A stretch of 20,000 bases of DNA from Chiloscyllium plagiosum (lineage: Eukaryota), in NCBI RefSeq assembly GCF_004010195.1, contig NW_025215381.1, positions 330,038 to 350,037 of the forward strand, read 5' to 3'. This document shows positions 9,440-19,270 of the stretch, piece by piece. Positions within the stretch are counted from its first letter, which is position 1. Each line of letters opens with the position of its first letter. Below the pieces are notes generated by a model. The model worked only from the letters and a program-made list of their open reading frames with translations. It did no database searches and was not told where the DNA came from. The position numbers and the translations under genes were made by a program.

Positions 9440-10307
9440 TTACAGGTTACTAAGCTCAGCTGGAGTGTTGTGTACTATTTTTGGGCTCCATACTATAGAA
9501 AGGGTGTGACTGCACTGGAGAGAGTGTGGAAGTGATTTACAAGAATGGTTCCAAAGATAAGAAACATCAGTGATGAGGATAGATTGAAGAAAGATAGATT
9601 GGGTGGCACAGTGGTTAGCACTGCTGCCTCACAGCGCCAGAGACCCGGGTTCAATTCCCGACTCAGGCAACTGTCTGTGTGGAGTTTGCACATTCTCCCC
9701 GTGTCTGCGTGGGTTTCCTCCGGGTGCTCCGGTTTCCTCCCACAGTCCAAAAATGTGCAGATTCGATGAATTGGCCATGCTAAATTGCCCATAGTGTTAG
9801 GTGAAGGGGTAAATGTAGGGGAATGGGTCTGGGTGGGTTGCTCTTCGGTGGGTTGGTGTGGACTTGTTGGACAGAAGGGCCTGTTTCCACACTGTAAGTA
9901 ATCTAATCTTAAAAAAAATTGGGACTATTTTCATTGGAGAGGAGATGTCTGAAGGGAGGTTCGGTATATGTTTTCATAATAATGTAGGATCTGGATAACG
10001 TAGTTATGGAGAAACTATTTCTGCTCATTAAATGAAGCAGGTTTGAAGATATTAGCAAATAAATTAGGGGCACCATGAGACAAAATGTTTACTCACAGTG
10101 AGGAATTAGGGTCTGGAATACATATTTTGGAAATGTGGTGGAGGCAGGTTCAATTGAAATATTCAAGAGGCACTTGGTGTTTATTTAATTGGAAAGGGTG
10201 TACAAGGAAGCATCATGAGTTTGAAGTCAAAATTTTCAGAGAGCTAGAGTAGACATGATGGGCCAAATGGCCTCCTCCTGTGTCATAACAATGCTGTGAT
10301 TCTGTGA
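9440..10307 (+). mobile_element. Old CR1-type LINE 3' fragment in intron, interrupted by HE1
   Basis: QLECCV..WAPYYRKGVTALERV..FTRMVP..EDRLKK|LGLFSLERR; tail gggccaaatggcctcct...gattctgtga. Confidence 0.8.
9601..9918 (+). mobile_element. Young HE1-type SINE in intron
   Basis: A/B boxes with CpGs retained; tail gtaagtaatctaatct + A run. Confidence 0.93.
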
Positions 10308-10844
10308 AATGGAATGTGATCCCTGATTGCTCAAAGAAACAAATGGGGAAAAGTTGTTCAAGAAGTTAAACTTGAAGAATTACCTCAAAGGCTGAAAAGA
10401 AGAGATGGAAGGGCAGTGAAAAGTCCAGGGGCTACTAAGGGGTAGATGAAATGTTGGAGGGGAGAGCATCCAAGATTGATGAGAATGACTGAGAACTGCT
10501 TTTCATTCTGTCCTTCTCACCATATTGGGGGTGTCCACAAAGGCTTCTGGCTCTCCACCTGAGCTTTCAGTTGAGTTAAAGAGGATGCCAGTCCTGATCC
10601 TGCCCAAACAGTCAGGCTGAGCTTTAGCGGATGGACTGTTCTTTGAGTGGGAATCCATTGTCTTGTCAGTTCAGAAGGATATGGAATATCTCTCGCAGCA
10701 ACAGGATGAACACTTGAGAATCCCCAATTGCGCCCTCTCAATATTCCCAATGAAAATTCAGGAAGCTTCTCTCTTGCACAATTCAGGAAACTATTCTACA
10801 TAATAGTGTGCAATGAGGCAGTAATTTAGGGGATTGATCTAAAA

Positions 10845-10926
10845 ATTCATTCATGGCATGTGGGTGTTACTAGCGAGGTCAGGAGATATTGCCCATCCCT
10901 ATTTGCTCTAGAGAAGGTGGTGGTGA
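10845..10926 (-). mobile_element. Decayed LINE 3' tail fragment
   Basis: attcattcatggcatgtgggtgttact...tattgcccatccctatttgc..gagaaggtggtggtga resembles the reverse complement of a common shark LINE/SINE tail; clade not assignable by eye. Confidence 0.5.
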
Positions 10927-11226
10927 TGTTGCACAATCTTTTTTTAAAATCAATTATTTACTCCTCAATTTATTTCTTGCAGTAAGTTAACAAGTCCTGA
11001 TTGATTCAGTCTCTGCCTTGTTTCTCTGCTCAGTTCTGTTTTCTTTTGGACATCCACATGGATGAAGGAAGTGATGTTGAAAAGTTGTGATGTTGAAATC
11101 AAGGGCCAAACCTGTAAACTTCACTGAGAATTTGGATAAAGTAATAGTTTGCAGGGAATTGGGTCCATAATTCTCCTTTTCTAAAATGGGCTGCCAATCA
11201 CTCCTCTACCCTTTTCTCTCTTACAG

Positions 11227-12143
11227 CTAACTTGGTAGTGATTTTCATCCTGTCGCGAGGAAGGTGTGGTCTTTCCAGATGTATCACTTACTATCTTGTG
11301 TCCATGGCCGTGACAGATCTCCTGGTTATTATCACAGCTGTAATATTAAACCGGATTGTTGGGATTTATTTCCCATCCAGTTTCTTGTTCATCACCCCGA
11401 TCTGTAGCTTTAACTTTGTGTTAATTTATGGGATCAGGGACTGTTCGGTCTGGGTAACTGTGGTATTCACCTTTGACCGGTTTGTAGCCATTTGTTGCCA
11501 GAAACTGAAAAATAAATACTGCACCGTGAAAACAGCAACAGTGGTGATAGGAATAGTTTGCAGTGTGAGTTCTGTCAAAAATGCTTTCTGGTATTTCATA
11601 TATGAGCCCATGTATACAGTAAAAAATATACCGTGGTTCTGTACAATCAAGTCAACATTTTATACTTCACCTGCTTGGGCTGCCTTTGACTGGATTCACC
11701 GCATTTCAACTCCATGTCTCTCATTCATTTTGATTCTACTGTTCAATGCTTTGACTGCCCGTGACATCTTCACTGCAATAAGGATCCGCAGAAGACTCCA
11801 GGTCCGCAGCCACCTTGAGAATCAGGGTGACCCAGAGACTGAGAGCCGGACGCGATCGATCATTTTGCTCTTCTTCATCTCAGGCAGCCTTATCCTCTTG
11901 TGGTTGTTGTTCCTTTTAACATTCCTCTATGTTCGAATAGCAAAACTCAGTTATTTCTCAGGTTCCAATTATGCAGAATCTAATTTCATTCTGGAGGAGA
12001 GTGGATTCATGTTGCAGCTACTGAGCTCCTGCATTAACCCATTTATTTATGCTGGAACACAGAACAAATTCAGGGATGAGTTAAAGAATGGGATGAAATA
12101 TCCATTGACACTAGGTTCTAAACTATGTAACTTTTGCAAATAG
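11227..12143 (+). CDS. Exon 2 of class A GPCR, GPR139/GPR142-like (rest of TM1 to TM7 and C-tail); spliced protein 328 aa
   Basis: Acceptor cccttttctctcttacAG ends at 11226; open frame to TAG 12141-12143. Rhodopsin-family motifs: MAVTDLL (TM2), PICS (TM3 Cys), TFDRFVAIC (DRY variant), WFC (ECL2 Cys), LLW (TM6), INPFIY (NPxxY), KFR (helix 8). The ORF-track 'start' at 11232 is an internal TTG Leu. Confidence 0.93.
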
Positions 12144-12278
12144 ATCACAGCTTCTCAATCAGTTCTTTTTGTGTCTTGTCAATTCATTTTCACGTTCAAA
12201 AGTTTTAGTAATAATTTCAGCATAGTCAACTAGTCTCTCAGAATCTTGATTAAGGAGGTTTTACTGGGGTGGACAAAG

Positions 12279-13159
12279 TTAAAAAAAATCACACAATACC
12301 AGGTGATAGTCCAACAGGTTTGTTTGGAAGTACTAGCTTTCAGAGCATTGCTCCTTCATCAGGTAGCTAGTGGGGGAGAATCGTAGGACACAGAAGTTAT
12401 AGTAAAAGATCAATGCGTCATATAACTGATGCAATGTATTGAACAAACTTAAATTACTGTTCAGTCTTTAATCACTGAGAATGGGTTGTAGGTTTCGATT
12501 CATTAATATGTAAATCCCAGAACTTCTTTCAAGTCACTTTCCCAAAGTAACATAAGATTTTATGAAATCAAATTTGACACCTCAGTTCAGACAATGCATT
12601 AAAGGTGTGAAGCTAGAGCCTGTCTGTTTTCCAACCTTGAATCAGACTGGTTCCGTTTCCAAAGGAGGAATTTATAAAATGTCACATGGACTGACTGCCA
12701 GCTTTTTGAACAAAACAGAATGTATCTGCAAGCACAAATTTGAAAATGCAAATTCACCCCATAGACTTATATTCATGTGTGTGCGTGTGTCTGTGTCTGT
12801 GTCTGTCTCTGACAGCATGTGTATGGGAGGGTCTGCATGAGTGTGATCGTGTGTAAGAGGGTGTGTGTAAGGGTCTATCGTGTAGTGGGGTCACCTGTAG
12901 CACGACATGAACCCAAGATCCTGGTTGAGGCCATCCACATGGATACCGAACTTGGCTATCAGCCTCTGCTTGGCGACTCAGCATTGTTGCATATCCCGAT
13001 GTCTGCCTTGGAGGATGGTCACCCATTCAAGGCAGCCGTGTTCTCTGAGTGGGAGGGAACATCCCTATCTGGCAATTGTTGCACGGTGTCCATTCATCGG
13101 TTGTCGTAGCGTCTGCATGGTCTCACCATTAAACTGTGCCTTGGGACATCCCTGTCTGC
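12279..13159 (-). mobile_element. Penelope-like element, 3' part (decayed GIY-YIG endonuclease + terminal repeat)
   Basis: Reverse strand: RQGCPKAQFNGETMQTLRQPMNGHR...VTILQG...AKQRLIAKFGIHVDGLNQDLGFMS; internal (GT)-rich tract ~12776-12890; terminus aaatcacacaataccaggt..agtccaacaggtt. Confidence 0.9.
12331..12366 (-). ncRNA. Minimal hammerhead ribozyme motif of the Penelope-like element
   Basis: Minus strand UAC-CUGAUGA-A-GGAGC-AAU-GCUCU-GAAA-GCUA-GUA: catalytic core boxes, 5-bp stem II, palindromic AGCU in place of stem III, 3-bp stem I. Confidence 0.7.
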
Positions 13160-14206
13160 TGTGGAATGTTATCTGCCGCCCACAAATTAAATTCAGTCAG
13201 TGGAGCAACCACACTGCCAAATCATGGTACAAATTTTCAATAATACCCACTCAATCCAGGAAGCGTACTACTGCTTTTTTTTGTTGATGGAAACTCCCCA
13301 ACTTTCTCTCTTTTTGCACTCCGTGAGGTCATTTCTCCATGTCAAATAACATGGCCCAGGAAGGAGACGGGGGCTTTGGTAAATTCACTTTTAGCTAGGC
13401 TGATCACCATGCCTGCAACCTTAATTTGATTGAATGATTCTGATAAATGTTGCAAAGGTTCCTTCCACTTGTGATTAAAAATCACCAGGTCATCAATATA
13501 AACTACACACTTGGGTAATCCAGAAATGACCTTTTCGGTTAGTCTCTGAAACGTGGCTGGCACATTTTTCATACCAAATGGTTCATGTGGTCCACTTGGC
13601 ATTATGAAAGCTGACATTGACTTCACTCTTTTGGACAAAGGTACCTGCTGTTGCCCTCTCAGCAAATCCAACTTAGAAATATAAGTTGCTTGTCCCACCT
13701 TTTCAACAGTTTTCCAAATATGAAATTGGATATGTATCAGTCTTTGTAACTGCATTGACTTTGCAATAGTCCGCACATAACCATTGGGTACCAACTGGTT
13801 TTGGGACCATTACTATGGGTGAGTTCCAGTCACTCCAACTTACTTCGATTGTGTCGATTTGGAGCATGTGTTCAATTCCCTTTTGAACCTGTGTCAACTT
13901 TAGAGGGTTATGTCTATAAGGATGTTACTTAATCGGAACAGCATTTCCTATGTCTACATCATGCATAATTAGATTAGAACTTCCCATTTATTTCCTCATA
14001 TCTCACCATGCAATAGCAATAACCCTTTCAGGTCATTTTGATTTTTGTCTGGAAGGTGACTCAATAATTTATCCTTTATGTCAGCGACATCCTCATTGTG
14101 CAATTTAATTTGTGGAATGTCAGTTTGTGATACTACCAATAACACTGTCTTGTTATGCATTCCTTTCCTGTCAAAATACCTTTTGAGCATATTCACGTGA
14201 CACACT

Positions 14207-14276
14207 TAGTTAAAAATCACACAACACCAGGTTATGGTCCAACAGGTTTAATAGGAAGCACACTAGCTTTCGGAGC
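14207..14276 (-). mobile_element. 70-bp Penelope-like terminal stub inserted in Gypsy integrase C-terminal region
   Basis: Near-match to 12279-12346; removing it restores KSHTVCHVNMLKRY of the host. Confidence 0.88.
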
Positions 14277-17200
14277 TGTGTGAGATTTCTTTCTGTCTGG
14301 AATCCTTATCAAATAGTTCACTTCACTTAGTCTCCTTTTGACTTGATAGGGCCAACTAAACCTTGCTTTAAAGATTCATCTATCATTGGAAGTAACACAA
14401 ACACCCTATCTCCAATAGCAAAATTGTGAGTTTCTGATTTCTCATCTGCTTCCAACTTTCATTGTGTGCTGAGATACTTTTAAACACTGGCACCAATGCC
14501 CCTGCTCTATTTACTCATTCCCTAAAATCTGACACATAGTCCAAATGCATGGTTTCTGAATGATGACTTATGAATTTCTGCTGAATCAATTTTAATGGTC
14601 TTCTCACTTCATGCCCCAAAACGAATTCAAATGGCACTGAATTTGGTGAGTCTCTGGTGGCAAAAGGTACAAATGGAATTTCTTTATCCAAATTATCTGG
14701 ATAGTCTTGACTATAAGCCCTCAACATTGTCTTTACTGTCTAATCACAACATTCCAGTGCTACTTGCAATTCTAGATGATATGCAGCAGATTTAAATTCT
14801 TTTATTCCTAAACTGTCCATAACTTCCTTGAATTATTTTGATGTAAAGTTTGGCCCTGGATATGATTGTATCTCTGTGAGTAGTCCATATCTAGTGAAAA
14901 GATTGAGTAACTCCTCTACAATTAACTGTGACTTTGCGTCTGGAATGGCCTCTGGAAATCTAGTGGACACATCCACTATTGTTAACAAATACTGATTCCC
15001 ACTTTTTTTTTAGGTAGGGGTGCCATGCAATCAATTAAGTCTCTTGTAAAAGGTTCCTCAAATGCAGGAATAGATATTAAAGGTGTGGGTTTTATTACTG
15101 TGTGGTTTTCTGAGTACTTGACATGTATGACATGCCTGGCAATTTCATCCTTGTGCAGTCGAAATGTTTTTGAGTTTTGACCTAAATGACTTCTGACTGG
15201 TAATTCACGTGCGACCCGGAACACTGCCTTTCTATAAAACACTGGGAATATGACTCGAACTTCTGCCCATTTCTCATCTGCCTGAATATGTGATGGTCTC
15301 CTTTCCTCATTAAGACATCATTTTTGAGACAGTAGCACACTGGGATACATTTAGATTCTTCTTCCATGTGTGCTGTTTGATACAATTGTGTAGTTTCTCA
15401 TCTTTCTGCTGGAGGTCACTTCATTTGTCTGAACTAAAGATTACTACTTTGTCATTTATTTTCTCGTATTTGTTTCAACCATCTGATCAAACAGGGTCTC
15501 TGCTAATTCCCCTTCAACTTTCTTATCTATACTCTTTGATCTCTCCTGTTTCAGCTGGTGACTTTGTGACCTCGTTACCAAACAGTCAGTTAAAATCCCA
15601 GGATATGTATCCTGCAATAGTTCAGTTGCCTGAGTTTCCACTGGCTTTCAATCACAGTAGGCAGCATTCCTATCTATGAACCGATTATATTGTTAGCAAA
15701 GACAAATTGTATTCCTGGAGCTGAGAGTTTGTCCAGTACTTCTGCCATGATTTCTCCACTCTTCACTGGACACTCTGACCTCACTCTACATAATTAAAAA
15801 CTTATTTTCGCACTGTGAATTCCCATTACTAGCACGTTTTCTGGCAATAATCCTTCAGAGGTACATACCTGCTCATTTTTCAACATCAAAGATTGAGAGG
15901 ATGTTGATTTACTAAATGTTGTAACCTACTGCTCCTGGCCTATGTGAGAAAACTTTACCTTTGCAGGTATGCGGGTTAAGAAGATCTAGCACTTCCTCCT
16001 TAACCAACCTCTGACCAGGTTGTACATTGTGGTGTAGATTTCTAGCCTCCACTGCATTTTCCATTACCACTCCAACAATATTCACTGACTTTTCCTATTT
16101 TCCTACGTTTGGTTTCCCAATGCTTTTTCTAACCCATCAGTGCTGTGTTTTCATGTGAACTACTTTATTACAATGAAAACACCGGAGTTTTTTAAACTTC
16201 TGTTTCCTCTTCAACGGTTTTCTTTTTACCCTGTTGTAAGTTATCCTTATAATCTTCACTGACGTCCATCTTTCCCTTTGCATGTGAGGATTTCTCTTTT
16301 CCCCAATTTCTATCCCTTACGGATTGAAATTGATGTTGGAAGCCAAACATTTTGATGAACCAATCATCAGTCATTTCAGTTGCTAATCTTGCCGTTTTAG
16401 CTCTCTGCTCTTCCACATGAGTTCTCACTACCTTAGCAATTGATTTTTTGAACTCTTGCAACATAATCGTCTCTCTAAGAGCGTCAGATGTTAGCTCTAT
16501 TTTTAACGCCCTTATTCCTCTGTCAAAAATACTTTGTTTGATCCTTTCAAACTCAATGTAGGTTTGACCAGGACCCCTCCTTAGATTCCTGCAACCTTGT
16601 CTGGAGGCTTCTGGCACACGCTCATCTGCACTTAAAATAGCTTTTTCACCTTCTCCTACACCCAGAAGACCTCCTCTGATAGTGATGTGAATACCTCATT
16701 ATCTCTACCTACAAGTTTTGTTTGGGTCAACAAAATCAACATGGTCACTGGCCACTGCATTTTCTTAGCCACCTTCTCAAATGAGATGTAAAAGCCTTCT
16801 ACCTCCTTCTCATCAAATTTAGGCAATGCTTGAATATAAATACATCTTCAGCAGACCTTTGGCTATCATGGGTTTGCTCATATTTGCTGTCTTCCTCACT
16901 GAGCTTACCTTCCTTCTGCCTTCATCTCCATCTTTTTAAACTGACTTTCCGGTCTAAGTGCCAATTTCTGAAGTTCAAGCTCCCTCTCTCTCTTACTTTC
17001 CTTTCTCTCCTTTTCTCTCACTTCTCTCTCTCTTTTTCTTTTCGTCCTGCTAAAGCGATTCATTCTTTTTCGCTTTCCTCTGCTTTTAATCATAATTCAC
17101 AGTTTCATTTCCTTTTCCCTTTCCTTTTCTCATGTCTTCTAACTCAAGCTGCTTCATTTTCAATTGATTTGTAGCCATCTGTAAAGATTCTGATGGTGTT

Positions 17201-17500
17201 TCCAGTAACTTTAAATGCTGAGCTATTGCTGTAATTATCTCTCCTTTCCTCAGGGAAGGAGGCAGCTTTAACTCCAATGTCACCACCAATTTCAGCAGCT
17301 TTTTCTTGCTTAGTTTTTGTAAAGCCTCCAAAGTCACTTCTCCCACCCCTAGAAAACTCTTAGTGACTGAAAGAGCCATTACGATACCAAGCACTGTTTA
17401 AACCAAGTGAATTCAACACCCAGAACAAAAGGCAATGACAATTACCACTTGCTGCCTTTGAGTTCAGCAAGCTTACTCCCAAATTTGGAACTATTGAAAA

Positions 17501-17519
17501 ATCCGGCAAAGAGTCCCCA
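17501..17519 (-). other. Primer-binding site, degenerate tRNA-Pro type
   Basis: Minus strand TGGGGACTCTTTGCCGGAT, 3 nt after LTR end (..ATAACA); compare tRNA-Pro PBS TGGGGGCTCGTCCGGGAT. Confidence 0.7.
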
Positions 17520-17522
17520 ATG

Positions 17523-18355
17523 TGTTATGGACCAGGCCAGACCCTCTGAAAACATTTCAAGAAGGTAGCCCAGACCCTAACTTTACTAGTTGTTTTAAGC
17601 AGGTGTACAGTGGATATTCCAAGTACAATGCAACTGGCCCAACCACTCAGTGTTACACAAAACAGAAGTTATTTATGCATGAACAAAAGAACCAAATTTA
17701 GAATAACGTAATTATTTGAAAACCCAGTTAATCCTATCATAACTTAATGATACTGTTCCAACGACATCCCGGGCGGCACAGTGGCTCAGTGGTTAGCACT
17801 GCTGCCTCACAGCACCAGGGTCCCAGGTTCGATTCCAGCCTCGGGCGACTGTCCGTGTGGAGTTTGCACATTCTCCCCGTGTCTGTGTGGGTTTCCTCTG
17901 GGTGCAGGTCAGGAGACGTGGCCATGCTAAATTGCCCATAGTGTTAGGTGCATTAGTCAGAGGGAAATGAGTGTGGGTGGGTTACTCTTCGCAGGGTCTG
18001 TGTGGACTGGTTGGGCCGAAGAGCCTGTTTCCACACTGTAGGGAATCTAATCTAATCTCCACCCCTTTGGCAAAAAAAGGAACAATCAAACACAAGTTCT
18101 TCCAGGAGAGATGTCAGAGAGAGAGGATCAGCTTGGGGCTGTAGCTTTGACCAGCAGCCTCAGAAACTGACTGCTTCTTAAAAACAAAACCAAATGGAAG
18201 CCTGAACAGTGAGAACTGGCCACTCCCCTTTCAGTGAAGAAGTGTTTTAAAAGAAAGACTTAAAAAACATTCTCAGGTAGGTACTTCTGACTTTGCGATC
18301 CCTCTGAAAAATCAAAAGGACAGCATAACCTTGTAAAAGCAGCAGCATCGCCACA
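17523..18355 (-). repeat. 5' LTR of the Gmr1-like element (~545 bp plus inserted SINE)
   Basis: TG...CA termini (plus strand TGTTATG at 17523, CCACA at 18355), adjacent PBS, abrupt switch to unrelated pol sequence at 18356. No second LTR available to confirm the boundary. Confidence 0.75.
17771..18058 (+). mobile_element. HE1-type SINE inserted in the LTR
   Basis: gggcggcacagtggctcagtggttagc ... gggaatctaatctaatct. Confidence 0.93.
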
Positions 18356-19003
18356 ACGGCAACCTTTGCTGGTGAGGTATGAGGAGATGTGTAAATCAAA
18401 AGGAGCATTGCCAGAATAAAGTTTTAATATATGGAATTCATGGTGATGCTTGAAGTGCTCCATTATGTAAAGTGAAGTTGGAGTTTCCAGTGAAATGTGG
18501 AGAACTGGTGGTAGGAGAGCTGGTGCAACTCTCACCTCCAGGAATGCAATTTTTCATTGGTAATGATATAGTTGGAACACAGGAGGGTGTGCTGCCTACT
18601 GTGTTTGAATAGCCAGTGGAAAATCAGGCAACTGAGATGTTACAGGAAAAGGAGATAAAAAGGAGATATTTTTAGTTCAGCGAAATTAATTGAATTACAA
18701 CAGAAAGATGAAAAACTGAAGCATTTGTATCAAAAAGCATACACAGAAGAAGAATCTGAGTGTATCCTAGAATGTTACTATCTTACAAATGATGTATTGC
18801 TGAGGAAATGGAGACCATCACATATTCAGGCAGATGATAAATGGGCAGAAGTTTATCAAGTTGTATTACTGGTGGGTTATAGAAATAAGATGTTGCTGGT
18901 AGCAGTTGAATTACCAATAGGAGGTCATTTGGGAGTAAGGGAAACTCTAGCCAAAATTCAAAAACATTTTTATTGGCCTGGACTGCATAAGGATGGGGTT
19001 TTG
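18356..19003 (+). mobile_element. Fragment of a second Gmr1-like Gypsy element (protease to integrase zinc-finger)
   Basis: PGMQFFIGNDI, YQKAYTEEESECI, DVLLRKWRP, GGHLGVRETLAKIQKHFYWPGL; homologous to minus-strand ~15170-15900. Confidence 0.88.
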
Positions 19004-19004
19004 C

Positions 19005-19093
19005 TGAACAGGTAAAAAGCCAAGGTATTTTTCCTGGGGTGGCGTGAGTCCAGAACTAGAAGGCGTAGGTTTAAGGTGAGAGGAGAAAAATTA
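19005..19093 (+). mobile_element. Short CR1-type fragment
   Basis: RV..QGIFPGV.ESRTR.RRFKVRGEK motif of ORF2 C-terminus. Confidence 0.65.
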
Positions 19094-19261
19094 ACGTTTA
19101 GGTCCGGAGTTTGTTAGTTCCTGGAGGCAGTCGGAGTGGTCACGAGGTCACCAGGGAGCAGTAGAGCCTATTGGGATATGTGAGAATACAGTTGAAATAA
19201 CTTACTTTTAGGTCAGGTGTTCTTCAGTTCCTGGAGGCAGTCAGAGAGGTCACGAGGTTAC
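19094..19261 (+). repeat. Diverged 58-bp direct repeat pair, offset 110 bp
   Basis: 19094-19151 vs 19204-19261, 9 mismatches, no gaps. Confidence 0.85.
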
Positions 19262-19270
19262 ATATTGCAA

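Larger units (their letters stand above)
8832..11226 (+). other. Phase-1 GT-AG intron (2395 nt) of the GPCR gene, interrupting TM1
   Basis: GTGAGG donor, polypyrimidine tract + ACAG acceptor; splicing restores frame and the GxxxN TM1 motif; intron filled with repeats. Confidence 0.88.
13190..18355 (-). mobile_element. Gmr1-like Gypsy/Ty3 LTR retrotransposon, decayed and 3'-truncated (5' LTR-PBS-gag-PR-IN-RT)
   Basis: gag from ATG 17379 (MALSVTKSFLG); SCAN-like capsid region 16192-16617; CFHCNKVVH knuckle ~16150-16182; protease remnant ~15680-15960; integrase ~14150-15400 (PFTRDLIDC, GNQYLLTIVDVSTRFPEAIP); RT ~13200-13950 (SKLDLLRG, PFGMKNVPATFQRL, YIDD). Many stops and frameshifts. Confidence 0.93.

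Noticed and set aside
10517..10750. 77-aa intronic antisense ORF
   Set aside because: No recognisable motifs, non-ATG start; probably chance or an unidentifiable old repeat.
11232..12143. Single-exon 303-aa GPCR as given by the ORF track
   Set aside because: Starts at TTG in mid-TM1; a splice acceptor at 11226 and an in-frame upstream exon explain it better.
8762..12143. Assigning the symbol GPR139
   Set aside because: Similarity is family-level only; orthology cannot be shown without a phylogeny.
16830..17174. Ser/Leu/Phe-rich plus-strand ORF
   Set aside because: Antisense of the low-complexity E/K/R coiled-coil part of gag.
1490..17941. Recurrent small ORFs (GSVVSTAASQ.., MCKLHTDS..) as a protein family, or their heads as tRNA genes
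   Set aside because: All are translations of HE1 SINE copies; the heads have A/B boxes but run into SINE body.
19094..19261. Minus-strand micro-exons (GTAAGT donor near 19200-19205)
   Set aside because: The implied intron is under 40 nt and no recognisable peptide results.
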